NCBI GenBank assembly: GCA_000002445.1
Contig: CP000067.1
Coordinates: 320,001 to 384,000, forward strand
Origin: Trypanosoma brucei
Taxonomy: Eukaryota
Direction of reading: 5' to 3'
Length of the DNA stretch: 64,000 nucleotides
Below are positions 10,968 to 23,279 of the stretch, piece by piece (position 1 is the first letter of the stretch; every line of letters begins with the position of its first letter). A program made the position numbers and the translations under genes. The notes under the pieces are model-generated. The model was not told the origin of the DNA. It did not search any database and worked only from the letters and a program-made list of their open reading frames with translations.

Positions 10968-10990
10968 CTCCCCCTCCTCCTCCTCCTCCT
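10968..10990. repeat. (CCT)n trinucleotide repeat
   Basis: cccctcctcctcctcctcctcct, intergenic. Confidence 0.7.
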
Positions 10991-11822
10991 TTATATCCAA
11001 ATACCAAACAACTTTCATACGCCCCTGCTGTAAACCACACTCGTCCTAATATTCTCAGTTCCCTTAATTGAGCTCATTGACGGGGAATATAACGTGCCGG
11101 GGAAATATCAGACGCATGTGCGCCATATGGGAGAAATCGTGATGATGATCTGAATGGAGCCCTATCTTTTCTAATTTTTTTTGCTTTGTGATGGCGGTGA
11201 CGAGGAAACTTGCGTCCATGAGGGTCACTGGATACCATTGCATAAAAAGCAGAGAACAACAATATAGCGGAACCGGCTGGCAGTATATTTTCCTCCCCAT
11301 GAAACCCCCGTCAGCACCTCTTTGATATGCATGGGTTTTAGCACATTGGGAATTAAAACCGGTGCTCGGCACACGCGAGCCCCTTCCCCCCAAAAAAGTA
11401 TCGGAACGTACGGACATTTGCCACGAAGTACATAATGAAACAAACAAAGGAACGGTGGCCCAAATAACGCACAGTTTTTTTTGTTCCGAGTAGTCTTACT
11501 CAAGAACCGGACGCATCGGCGCCTTGCCTAGTTTTTTAGTTGTCTTTTTTTTTTTTTTACTCAGCCAAACGGAATCGAAAAAGAAAGGAGGAGGGAGGAA
11601 GAAAGGGAAATAAGAAGAGCCCGTTGTATTACCTGGAGAAGTCCTTTCTTGTCTCCAACTCTCTGCGAATTGCTTGGGTTCCAAATTTACAAAAAAAAAC
11701 AGCGTTACCCCATCACTCTCCTTTTTAGTATCCACACAATCTGAGCCCCAAGCCATACTGGAGAGGGCAGAGGAGTGGCTGACAGAAATTAACGAATTGT
11801 AGAGTGTTTTGGTGTTACCACC

Positions 11823-14558
11823 TCACCGTTGGGTCAATTTCCTTCCGACTTCCCTCGTACTGCTCTTTTCCTGCTTACTGAAGAGGCGGTGAATTCTTTC
11901 CTGTTCCCAAATGTGTTCCTTGGTTAGGGAGGGTTTTGTCATACCCATTGCTTGCCGCACATCTTTTATGGTGATGCGGTTGGCCACGTTCAAGGCCTCT
12001 TCTCTCGCCGCGGCAGCTGCAGATGGCCTCAAGATATCTTCTATTTTCTCCCGTGTCGTTCCTTTTCCCACGTTAAGCACGGCAAAATTATGTTCCACTT
12101 CACGCTCCTCACAACGCTTGGAAAGTTTCTCGATAATGCGCCTATTTACCACCATACTCGCTGATGACGCTAATCCGTTCAGGTCTGCCGGCGTCCAATT
12201 GATTGTCTGTTCGGCAATTTCTTTAATTTCCGGTAGCGTTAACTCCGCCTGAAGTTGCTCAAAGCAAATTGTCAAGATGTTAACCCGGTCCTCCAACGAT
12301 GGAATGGGACAGTGAACAGCCTTGTCTAACCGTCCAGGCCGCAGAAGCGCCGCATCGATGAGGTCAGGACGGCTAGAGGCAGCTACAACGTAGACATCTT
12401 TTCTGCTTTCCACGCCATCCAGGTAACACAGAAGTTGGTTAACCACTCTGTCTGTTACACCGGAGTTGTCCACCCCCCGCTGTGGGGCGACAGAGTCGAA
12501 CTCGTCGAAGAAAACAACGCATGGCGCAGCAGCTTGCGCGCGCTCAAAAACGTCACGGATCTTCTGCTCACTCTGGCCAATGTATTTGCCAAAAACCTCA
12601 GGGCCGTTAACCACGATGCAGTTCAAGTTTTCGGAATTCACAATGGCCTCCACAACAAACGTTTTCCCGCACCCCGAGGCACCATAGAGAAGTACGCCGC
12701 TACGTGTCTTCAGTGGCAACCGTGCGAAGAGTTCTGGGTGTTTCATTGGCAGCACCAGTGTGTCATACAAAACTTTTCGCGCCTCAGCGAGGCCACCAAC
12801 AGATTGCAAAGATGCCTTTTCACTTTTGAGAAATGTTATTCCCGTGTGAGACAAGGGTGTGAAGGCGGCTATGGCCCCTCGCGCGGCCTCACGAAATGGC
12901 ACCCTCCCCCCATCCAACGAACTCTTTATTGGCTGCGACACCTTCCTCATATCAAACGGCGTGTAATTGCCCATGAGGTCTCCAACTTCCTCGAGAGCTT
13001 CTGCTGACTCCTTGGGGAACAATTGCTTCAGCAATGCTACTCTTGTCTTGCGATCCAGCGCCTCCACTTTGATCACTTTGGTAAAACAGTAGGCGGAGCG
13101 CAGACCCTCGTTAACACATTGTCGGTTGGCACAGGTGGCAACAACGAGAACGGACGCGGCGCCACATAGTGAAAGTGCTTCAGTAAAGCAGCGCAGGGTT
13201 CCTTCCAAAATGGCTTTTGTTGCGCCGGTGACACTCAACACCGATTCTTCCTTTTGCGCGGGCGCAACAGCGTCAAAGTTATCCAAGACTAGAACGGCCG
13301 GGGCGCACATCACACACTCAACCAGGGCTCGTTGGAGGGATGCCAACAGCTTCTCGGCTTTGCACTGAACCACGTTGATGTGGACACCGTGAAGTTCATT
13401 GAGCACAGCGCCGACGATAGCCGTCTTACCGGTTCCACTTCCACCACAAAGTAAAACATTACCATTGCTTCCATATTTGCTGTGGTGAGGCCCGAGTTTC
13501 TTAATTTCCTCGAACCAACATACCAAGTGCTCTCGAAGCTCTTGAGGAGCTGTCCCGTGCACCTCTACCACACTTTCGTAAGGTATCTGGTTGCTGAAGG
13601 GAGATGTACTGGCGGAGGGGCAGTCCCTATCTGTTGCCGTGGGTATGTTCTCATCAAGTGTTGGAAAAACGACTATATTGGATGCCTGAATGAAAGCTGG
13701 AGAGGTGCACACACCATCTTCCATTCCCTCTACCAACCGGATGGGGGCCTTCAGTGCGTTGGATCGAAGGAAGGAGGATGTGACTTCCTTCGATTCGAGA
13801 AGTTGTGAAGCCTTCGCCAGGTCCCAAAAACCCATCACAAGACCTTCACTCCAGTGGTGGCGCGCCGCCGTTGAAGGATTCATATAAAGCGACACCGCCT
13901 CTACATTTGCGTCTCCGGCCGTCGCCTCGTTGTTAAATCCCTTTTCCTTCCTCCAGGTAAGGCACCGCAGTACCGACCACGTCGGAGCACCGCTCTGTTC
14001 GACGTGACGCGTTCGAGTGGCAACAACAAATTCCGTGCCTTCGGCCATTACGGCACATCCAGATGTGACTTCGTGACCTTCACGGTCCTCAATACGCTCG
14101 ACCACCATTTTCGCATTAACACCATCAAACACCGCGACATCGAGCGTCATTGCGGGGAACACCACTTGGACCTGCCGCAATAATTGTGCCTCAATGCGAA
14201 GTGCATTCTGTTCAACCACCTCACTTTCATCCACGGAGGATGGGCGCACAAGGACCGTGGCTGCCTTTGCGAATTTGAACACCGCTGTGCACTGCACTAT
14301 TGCGCCATTAGTAACTCCCAGGCTCGTCGCCATGGTGACGGATATGATTAATTTAAACGCAGCAAAGTTGTGCGGCCGGTGCGCCAAGCAACCGACGTAC
14401 GTGTTCTTATGACCGTCCGAAATCCTCAAGGGTACCACGAAGGGTATATTCCTTCCATAGTAGGGTAGTAGATTTCCACGGATGAATTCATTTGACACCA
14501 AGACAAATGAGTCCGTTCGGGACGGGTCGATAGAAACTTCAAAGGAGCTGTGCTGCAT
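11823..14558 (-). CDS. Type II double-AAA+ ATPase, PEX1/PEX6-like (peroxin for glycosome biogenesis), 911 aa
   Basis: ATG start. It has two Walker A boxes, GGSGTGKTAI (D1) and LLYGASGCGKTFVVEAIVNSE (D2). D2 also has Walker B VVFFDEFDSVAPQRG and the second region of homology. Overall architecture is the Cdc48/PEX1/PEX6 family; the specific peroxin assignment is inference. Confidence 0.7.
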   Translation of the reverse strand: MQHSSFEVSIDPSRTDSFVLVSNEFIRGNLLPYYGRNIPFVVPLRISDGHKNTYVGCLAHRPHNFAAFKLIISVTMATSLGVTNGAIVQCTAVFKFAKAATVLVRPSSVDESEVVEQNALRIEAQLLRQVQVVFPAMTLDVAVFDGVNAKMVVERIEDREGHEVTSGCAVMAEGTEFVVATRTRHVEQSGAPTWSVLRCLTWRKEKGFNNEATAGDANVEAVSLYMNPSTAARHHWSEGLVMGFWDLAKASQLLESKEVTSSFLRSNALKAPIRLVEGMEDGVCTSPAFIQASNIVVFPTLDENIPTATDRDCPSASTSPFSNQIPYESVVEVHGTAPQELREHLVCWFEEIKKLGPHHSKYGSNGNVLLCGGSGTGKTAIVGAVLNELHGVHINVVQCKAEKLLASLQRALVECVMCAPAVLVLDNFDAVAPAQKEESVLSVTGATKAILEGTLRCFTEALSLCGAASVLVVATCANRQCVNEGLRSAYCFTKVIKVEALDRKTRVALLKQLFPKESAEALEEVGDLMGNYTPFDMRKVSQPIKSSLDGGRVPFREAARGAIAAFTPLSHTGITFLKSEKASLQSVGGLAEARKVLYDTLVLPMKHPELFARLPLKTRSGVLLYGASGCGKTFVVEAIVNSENLNCIVVNGPEVFGKYIGQSEQKIRDVFERAQAAAPCVVFFDEFDSVAPQRGVDNSGVTDRVVNQLLCYLDGVESRKDVYVVAASSRPDLIDAALLRPGRLDKAVHCPIPSLEDRVNILTICFEQLQAELTLPEIKEIAEQTINWTPADLNGLASSASMVVNRRIIEKLSKRCEEREVEHNFAVLNVGKGTTREKIEDILRPSAAAAAREEALNVANRITIKDVRQAMGMTKPSLTKEHIWEQERIHRLFSKQEKSSTREVGRKLTQR

Positions 14559-15011
14559 CCTCTTATTCTTTTTGGAGCTACACTAGTAATAATTACGTTT
14601 ATAAAGGGACCCTCTAGATCGGTTGGAGAACGAAGAAACAAACGGTTGGAGTCAAAGCAATGAACCCAGGAAGGGTAGTCGGCACCATATTGTGGGTTGT
14701 CAACAATCGCATTTACCTCCTTTGGCGTATCGTTAAAGTTGAAGCGATAATTACAAAAAAAGAAACCAAGTTAAGCGTTGGCATGAACCCCGACACCCCA
14801 ACCGATATCTCTGCGCGTCGTGTAACCACCACTCAGTACAACAACACGTGGGCCTGAGCTCGCAAAGGCGTGGGATGTAAAATATAGAGCAGTGGGTTGT
14901 TTCACGTCACCACATGCATCAGGACGCACTCCATCCCTCCCTTCACCAGGAATACCTTGCATCCTTTCGGAAGCAGCACACCGCGTACTGGAGTTTTGTT
15001 TCTCATATCTG

Positions 15012-16016
15012 TTATATTCCTGTGGGCACACGCCTCTCTCCATCCGTCTCCACAGTCCTTGCCCTCCCCTCCCTGTCCGGAACAAACCCCCACTTCATTT
15101 TCCAGTACTCCGCATCCTCTTGCGAAGCCGCGGCGCGAGTGCTATATGCAATAGTCACGGCACTACCAGCAGGAATGGTTTGACGAGCAACTAAATGCGC
15201 ACAAGGTTGTGTTTTGTCGTACCACCGTCCCCCAATACTGCCCTCACTATGGCACTCGGGGTGCGTTAAATGTATCATCGCGTTGGGTTCGTAGTCGTGT
15301 AGGGAAAAGTCAATCAATGGATACATCGTGAGGCCCCCGTCATCGTCACGAAGGGCGCGGGCGAGGGCCATTGATAAGCCCCATGATGTGGACTTTGAAG
15401 CAAAATGGGGCAAGCTTTGCTCCATGCGCCGCCGAAGGTAATCTATGCGAATCCAATCGGCACGCTGTGACGCCGTTACAAGTTTACTCTTCGATATAAA
15501 GGGAGCATTAGGGACCCCCTTCACATGTAATGCATTTCCCATATACATGGCATCCAGTTCGTTTTGCAGTGGTTCATTCACCGCAAATTGGTCCGTGGCG
15601 TCACTGTTGTACACATCGTGCAAAAACTCAAGATAGAGTCGGTGGAAGCTACTTGGATTATGAAGCTCGCGGGTCAGTGTTCCCGCCAGCTCCTCGAGTG
15701 GCCCCCATCGAGCTGCAATATTCCTCTCATCATCACTTCCTTGCGTAAAAGCTGAGATGGAAAGTGAAACGGGAACGGAGATGAGGGCTGCACCGGACTT
15801 AATGGGGCGTTGGGCGACCAAACAACAACCTCGGTTCCGATGGGGATGCAACCGCAGTGCGCAGTGAAATGCACCGCCCTTGCGTGCGACCCACCGTGTG
15901 AGGGAATAGGCTGCTGGAACCCTCATTGAAGCAAGGCGCGGCCATATATCTCTATATGTACTACGGTTGGCACAGATGTATCGTTGTGGTTTCGTGTCTA
16001 ACCACACAAACTTCAT
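15012..16016 (-). CDS. SET-domain-like protein (putative protein lysine methyltransferase), 334 aa
   Basis: ATG start. The segment LIDFSLHDYEPNAMIHL resembles the SET NHSCxPN motif, followed by a post-SET-like region (AGSAVTIAYS). Weak call made by eye. Confidence 0.5.
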   Translation of the reverse strand: MKFVWLDTKPQRYICANRSTYRDIWPRLASMRVPAAYSLTRWVARKGGAFHCALRLHPHRNRGCCLVAQRPIKSGAALISVPVSLSISAFTQGSDDERNIAARWGPLEELAGTLTRELHNPSSFHRLYLEFLHDVYNSDATDQFAVNEPLQNELDAMYMGNALHVKGVPNAPFISKSKLVTASQRADWIRIDYLRRRMEQSLPHFASKSTSWGLSMALARALRDDDGGLTMYPLIDFSLHDYEPNAMIHLTHPECHSEGSIGGRWYDKTQPCAHLVARQTIPAGSAVTIAYSTRAAASQEDAEYWKMKWGFVPDREGRARTVETDGERRVPTGI

Positions 16017-16559
16017 CCTTTACTGCAGTTCTTAATGCAACGTGTCATCACCCTAATAATTAAGGGAATAATTTACACACATATATTTTTTTTTAAAAAG
16101 AAAGAAGATGCGGAGAAGAATTAAAGGTAAGAAGAGAAAAAGCAATCCAGAGTGGGGGACAAACGCGGTCCATACGCCGCCTTCCAGGCAGAAAGAAGAG
16201 CATGCCGTCACCTCTCCTCATAGCTTTCAAATTTGTCATTTTATATTCTTTCGTAACTCCCAGCGAATGGAATACGTAGTTTAAAGCTTAGTGTTAACCT
16301 TAGCGTGGTTCACCCCTGATAAATCTTTGAAATAGACCATCCTCCTTCCTTCTCCAAGAGTTTTGCATGCGGCCGTATAAATAGTAAAAAAAAAAAAGAA
16401 GTAAGACTTAGTCTCTTTCTTAGGCGCACGCATGTTTCCGGGCTTCTGGGAAGTCTGCTTCTTCTGTTTATTTGCTCTACAGTTTCCCCTTCTTCCATGC
16501 TCTTCTTCCCTTTTTGTTATCCCACTTTCTCTCCATCTCTTCTTTTCTTTTTTCATATT

Positions 16560-17951
<1,392 letters not shown>

Positions 17952-18346
17952 TCACACTTTCTTCCCCCTTATGTGTCTTTCAACCTATCTTACTTGTTTC
18001 CCCCAGGTACAAATCGATGCAGATGCAAGTCGTAGCGTGGTGCGACGGGGGATGGGGTGGGGAAATGGAGCGAAGAGAAGTGAAATTTTGAAAAGGTTGG
18101 AAAGAAAAAAAAATCAATAAACAAGAACACACAAAAGTTTGTACATCGGTGTGGCCGGGTGACATCTGGGAGCAACACGGGATGAAAAATGAGGATGATC
18201 TGACACGTATGTGCAAACCACGAAGCGCGCTCTCATGGTGACGGCGTTTCGTGCTCCTCGTCTCAATGACGCGTTTCTCCTTAGTTGGGGGTTAGGGGGT
18301 GACAGGGGGAAGGTGGAGAAAAACTGCGCTCACAAAAAAAATTCAC

Positions 18347-19543
18347 TTACCAACCGTCTTTAGCACGAGAGGTTTCTTCAACTTCTTTCTGGATGTGACG
18401 AAGCTGCGCCGCCGCTGGATGGGTTTCTGAAGCTGTCGCCTCAATGATGGCACGAGCCTCTTTTACCAAGGCTCTTGCCTTTTTCATGTTTCCAACGCGT
18501 GCACAGCCCAACGCGCACTTGGCGGCTGCAGTTCCGAGAGTGATATGGTTTCCTTCGTAGCGCTGCCGTGCAATTTCAAGGGCCTCACAGTAGGAAGCGG
18601 CTTGGTTTTCCTTCTCGCCTAAATCACCATATGTATCGCCGAGTGCAGTGTAAGTTTTCACGAGAAATGTGTGTTGGCTGCCAAACGCCCGTTTTTGCAC
18701 ATCGATAGCTTTTTCAAGCAGTTCCTTTCGTCGAAAGTGGTCTCCATTGGCTCCACACGCACTCGCCAGCTCCACCAGCGTAACTGCTAGTTGTGGGTTC
18801 ATCCCCCCCAGTCTTGTCTCCTGTATGTCGTATGCCTGCTGCGCAAGCTGTAGGCGCTGAAATGAGTTGCCGTTCGCTCCGTGCGCGCGGGCCAATGTGA
18901 GCATAGCGACAGTGGTTTGTATGTGGTTTGCGCCACAGTGCCGACGGATAATTTTGTCGGCCCGTTCAGCCACCTGCAGCTGTGCCTCGTGTTTACCAAG
19001 ATAACCGTGCGCCTCCGCAAGCAACAGGAGAACCCGTCCCACTTTGGGGTGATCTGCGTTAAACTTCCGCTCGTGAAGTGCGAGGGAGCGCTGCAAAAGA
19101 TCTTCCATTTCCTGGTATTGCCCCATCTCCTCTTGTGCACTGGCCATGTTGTAGAGGACCATGCCGTACTGTGGGTGGTCATCACCGTAAACATGTGCCA
19201 CCATGTCCCGCGAGCGCTCCAGCAGCTTCAGTTTCCTAGCATGGTCCCCAGTCTCCCCGTATGCACAGGCTAAGTTGTTCAGACAGTTCATCAATGTCGT
19301 AGAATTCCCACCACCACCACCGTCATTTGCGGTTAGCACCGCCTCCCATGCACTGATTGCCTTGCGGAAATCCCCTTTCTCAAAAAACTCCATCCCTGAC
19401 TTGTGCAGCTCCTCCAACTGGCCGTTAGATACATGAGTGGGCGGAATTTTACAACGACGGATGGCAGCCGCACCGCGATGGTCGCCAGTCCCCACGCGTT
19501 CCACCATCGTGACGCACCTGCCGAGGGACATGAAGCGCCTCAT
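18347..19543 (-). CDS. Tetratricopeptide-repeat (TPR) protein, kinesin-light-chain-like TPR array, 398 aa
   Basis: ATG start. Repeated ~42-aa TPR units with the pattern L..LA..Y...G.Y..A, e.g. NNLACAYGETGDHARKLKLLERSRDM and YNMASAQEEMGQYQEMEDLLQRSLAL. Confidence 0.75.
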   Translation of the reverse strand: MRRFMSLGRCVTMVERVGTGDHRGAAAIRRCKIPPTHVSNGQLEELHKSGMEFFEKGDFRKAISAWEAVLTANDGGGGGNSTTLMNCLNNLACAYGETGDHARKLKLLERSRDMVAHVYGDDHPQYGMVLYNMASAQEEMGQYQEMEDLLQRSLALHERKFNADHPKVGRVLLLLAEAHGYLGKHEAQLQVAERADKIIRRHCGANHIQTTVAMLTLARAHGANGNSFQRLQLAQQAYDIQETRLGGMNPQLAVTLVELASACGANGDHFRRKELLEKAIDVQKRAFGSQHTFLVKTYTALGDTYGDLGEKENQAASYCEALEIARQRYEGNHITLGTAAAKCALGCARVGNMKKARALVKEARAIIEATASETHPAAAQLRHIQKEVEETSRAKDGW

Positions 19544-19924
19544 GTTTCAATACACCCCAGTCACTCTAAGCAAGTAATGAAAAGGAAGAAAACAGGTTTC
19601 CCTGGAATGGAAACGTAAGGTTAATTAACATCATCCACTCGTCTAGAGATGTGGCAAGTAGGCCATGCGCGGGCTGCTGGGCCCGCATCGCGACTTGTGC
19701 CGTCCCGCCCCCTTCTTATTGCCTCTAACTCTCTACATTCCCCACTTCTGTAACGTACTGGTGATGGGCGTTGCAATATTGTCGACGGTAGTGCGAGTAC
19801 CGTAGCCCCAGTGAAGGCCATATAGAGGGGAAACCCCTCCCCACACTCTATCCATTTAGATTTATAAGTAAAAAAATATAAATATATACACGTTCCTGAG
19901 CCTGCTCCGCACATCTGCGGTGTC

Positions 19925-20539
19925 TCATTTGACTTCATCTGATTCTGCTGCTGTTGTGTCGAGTGACGTAGTGCAGCACTCAGATGGCATCTCCTCCCTA
20001 TCTACAAATGTATGCGCGACTTTTGCATTCCTTTCGCAAGCATCTGCCAGCCGACGACGCAGGGAACCAACGCACTGTACACCATCCATCCGACAGTCTA
20101 CGATACGTTGATTGCACTTAACGAGTTTGAGGAGCGCATCCACGCCGAAGGAACCAAATGGATTCCCCGACACATCAATGACTTTTATCCGCGGAAGTCT
20201 GCACAACGCCTCACACAACAAGTGAATGAGAGTTGTCGTGAGTCGCTCCTCCCGCAAATTAATACGCTCTAGCCAGGTACAGAGAGGGAGCGTAAGGAGA
20301 ACAGGCAACAAAGCTCGCTGACTTAAGTACGACTTATGCAAATCCAATGACACCTTCGTCATGTCCTCGGTGAATGCCTGAAATGTAGCGTTTGGCCGCT
20401 CCCCGCTCACCTTGCACAGGTAAAGGTACTTTTTATTTGGGGTTGTAATGACATCATCATCCGCTCTAGACAGCGCCTCGCGAAGCGCAGCGCAGCGCCT
20501 GCTAACCTCTGTCACATCATCGTAAGGGGTTGTCGACAT
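19925..20539 (-). CDS. Hypothetical LRR-containing protein (~204 aa from the first ATG)
   Basis: The ORF-track start at 20551 is GTG; the first in-frame ATG is 12 nt downstream (MSTTPYDD...). The C-terminal half has LRR-like segments (LxxLxRLPRIKVIDVSGNPFGSFGVDALLKL). Confidence 0.5.
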   Translation of the reverse strand: MSTTPYDDVTEVSRRCAALREALSRADDDVITTPNKKYLYLCKVSGERPNATFQAFTEDMTKVSLDLHKSYLSQRALLPVLLTLPLCTWLERINLREERLTTTLIHLLCEALCRLPRIKVIDVSGNPFGSFGVDALLKLVKCNQRIVDCRMDGVQCVGSLRRRLADACERNAKVAHTFVDREEMPSECCTTSLDTTAAESDEVK

Positions 20540-21058
20540 GGTTACTTCCACATGGAGTGACCTGTACGTTGTATAGGGGGAGGGAGGAGAAGGAGATTAA
20601 AAAAAAAAAGAAGCAGAGAATGAGAGTGAGAAGGTGTGTTGGCGAAACCTGAAAGGAGGTAAGTATATTTTAGATATACCACACCCACACGACCGATGAG
20701 TGTGAAAGTGTTCAAAAGTAAGAAGAGGGTAGTTGGAAGGAAGCAAAGCGGAAGCAGGCGAAGACACGCAACAGCGCCAGGACCCTTTACCCGTGAAAAT
20801 ATCATGTTCCCTGTGAGGAACATGCATCAACACACGCACAGAGGAAACAAACGCAAGATTGCCGCAGTGTCCTTCCTCCTTTTCTCCTCTCTCGTGTCCA
20901 CATTTGTTTTAAGTACTTCTTTCTTTTTCTCTTCCGGACACGGAGCAGGTCCCTCTTTTGCTTTTTTTCTTCTTCAAACATTCTCATGTCCAACATTTCT
21001 CTCTTTTTTTATTCCCCTCATTGTCTCTTTGACCCTCTGCTCTTGCCTTTCGGGGTCA

Positions 21059-21077
21059 CATATATATATATATATAT
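21059..21077. repeat. (AT)n microsatellite
   Basis: catatatatatatatatatatt, intergenic. Confidence 0.8.
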
Positions 21078-21651
21078 TCTCTGTTCCTCCACACAGTTTA
21101 ACGTACATCTTTCCTTTCCCTAGTGTTGCCTATTCCCTCTCAACATATCGTCACTCATCACTCTCCTTTTCTTGTTGTGTCTTATACTCTTTTTGTTTTG
21201 ATATTTTTCCTTTTTTTAAAAAATTTGTCATTTTTCTTTTTTGTCTTTAATTACAAGGGGATGGGGAAAACTAGTAATAATAACCGAAAAAAATGAAAAA
21301 AAAATGCTTCGAAAGCTTCATTCCTTCTCACGACTATCTTCCCACCTCTTTCTGAATAACTAAGTACAATAATGAAATGATGATCGCGGTGGTATGTACG
21401 GTCCATCCGCTGTCACTTCGCTCTCCTTCCCGTTCTATCCTCTTTCCCCCTTTTGTTTGCATTCATTTGTCCTCCCGCGCGCAAGGAGTAGCGCAACTGC
21501 TGAGAAAGCCTTTGCACATTTACACGCATACATACATAACACATAACTGACATGCGGGTGAAAGAAAAGCATAGAAGGGATGAGCTAAAGAAGAAGAGAG
21601 AGAGAGCTCCGCTCCCTCCTGCTCCTCCTCCTTTCATAAGCATGCACCACA

Positions 21652-22776
21652 TCAGCAACCGCCGTCCTTAATGTCAACCTTCGCCGCCTCAATGACGCCG
21701 AGTTCACCTGGCAAGGGGAGAACTTCACCGTGGATCACAGGCACAGAGACGAGGGAACCAACAGACCGACCGGCACGACGCTCCAGGACGTCCGCATAGA
21801 AGGGAAGAATGTTCCCGAGGCCGTACCAATCCTCCAGCATCTGTCGTTTGAAGGGGCGGAGTGCGTTGAGGGCCTGGTGGGAGATGCACAACACACGGCG
21901 TTCCCCATTACCATGAGCGATTGCGACCTCGCGGGCATTGCCGCAGAAGGCACGAAGCTCGCTCTCATCGAGGTTGATGACCTTCGAGTAATTGTTCTCC
22001 AAGTGCTCATAGAAGGCTTCCTGGTCCTTTTCCGAAGGGAAGCGAAGGAATTCAAGGCCCCATGCGCAAATACCCTTTCCACACCACCCAACGAGGCTGG
22101 TGTATGGGATAACATCCTCGCCGATGACTCTCCCGTTCTCCTTCGACCGGTGAGGAAGCACAGCCGTAAAAACGAAGCGCTTCTCGTTGGGGATGTTCAG
22201 GTTCTCAGGAGCACAAATGATGCTGAGCACTTGCTCGCTGCTGCGACCAGAAAGAGCCATATACACAAACTCGCCGTTATATGAGTAGCACGCCGCGGCC
22301 TGCCCCTCGAGGTACACGTGTTTCTTCTGCAGTTCCACCAAGTCGACAACCTCAATCCCGCAATTATCCTCGGGCTGGTTCGCGGCTTTCTCGACCTTCT
22401 TGAGGATCTGCTGCTTGGGAATTTCTTCCCGCCGAGAGAAGGTCATGGGATAGAGGATAAGCAAGCGGCGGGTGATCCTGCCGTAGTCGTCAGTGAAGTG
22501 ATGTATTGACATGGAGTCACCGACAAAGAGTGCCATCGACTTGTTCTCAAACAAGGCCCGGTTGAAGCGGGGCTCACCTCCCATCGTGATGTACAAGGTT
22601 TTGACGCCAGCATCCTCCTCCAACCGCTTTTGCAATTCCTTCTGAAGGTTGACAACCATAATGTTGTCTTGGGACGATTGATTGTGGCTTACAGCTGCGG
22701 TCGTCATCAGCTTGTTGTCCGTGGACTTGTTGTCCGTGTTGAAGAACGTAGCCTGAACGAACAGAGCAGTCGACAT
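21652..22776 (-). CDS. Conserved hypothetical protein (~374 aa from the first ATG)
   Basis: The ORF-track start at 22836 is TTG; the first in-frame ATG gives MSTALFVQ... Long uninterrupted ORF in PTU orientation; no motif recognised. Confidence 0.5.
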   Translation of the reverse strand: MSTALFVQATFFNTDNKSTDNKLMTTAAVSHNQSSQDNIMVVNLQKELQKRLEEDAGVKTLYITMGGEPRFNRALFENKSMALFVGDSMSIHHFTDDYGRITRRLLILYPMTFSRREEIPKQQILKKVEKAANQPEDNCGIEVVDLVELQKKHVYLEGQAAACYSYNGEFVYMALSGRSSEQVLSIICAPENLNIPNEKRFVFTAVLPHRSKENGRVIGEDVIPYTSLVGWCGKGICAWGLEFLRFPSEKDQEAFYEHLENNYSKVINLDESELRAFCGNAREVAIAHGNGERRVLCISHQALNALRPFKRQMLEDWYGLGNILPFYADVLERRAGRSVGSLVSVPVIHGEVLPLPGELGVIEAAKVDIKDGGC

Positions 22777-23062
22777 GTTAGCTGTACTTTTTTTAGTTTT
22801 TTGTGTACAAAAAAAAACGATTCCTTGTGTACTCAATACAGATCTGAAAATGTAGACTTACGTATCGTATGCGGAAACACCGACTTCTCTGCTCTTAGAT
22901 CCCTTTTTTTCCTCTCTATTAAAAAACCTATTCTTATTTGATTTGAATGGTGGTGCAGCTAATGTCAAGCTTCCCTCAAGGAAGGGAATGGGAAGGAAGG
23001 GAAGGGGGAACAGAATCGGGTATAAAAAACAGGCGCACGCACGCATACACAGATGGAGATAC

Positions 23063-23084
23063 CACACACACACACACACACATT
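23063..23084. repeat. (CA)n microsatellite
   Basis: accacacacacacacacacaca, intergenic. Confidence 0.8.
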
Positions 23085-23279
23085 CTCAGGAGCTACAGGG
23101 GTAAGCAGCGACGGGACATGATGCCGTGCCGAGTAGGAGCATGCGCATGCACTTGCAGGGGGAAAGGACCGCAACGGATAAAAAAGGGCACGCTCTTCGC
23201 TCCACAAAGCAACATATGTCCCCGACAAACCGTAACCCACACCTTCTTCCCTGGTCACACGGCACACGGAACGCGTCAC

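Noticed and set aside
12435-13007. 190-aa plus-strand ORF and other 60-150-aa ORFs nested antisense within the long minus-strand genes (e.g. 16840-17393, 41096-41895, 43782-44657, 46757-47174)
   Set aside because: They are fully embedded on the opposite strand of well-supported conserved genes in a unidirectional polycistronic unit. Trypanosome PTUs do not carry overlapping antisense genes.
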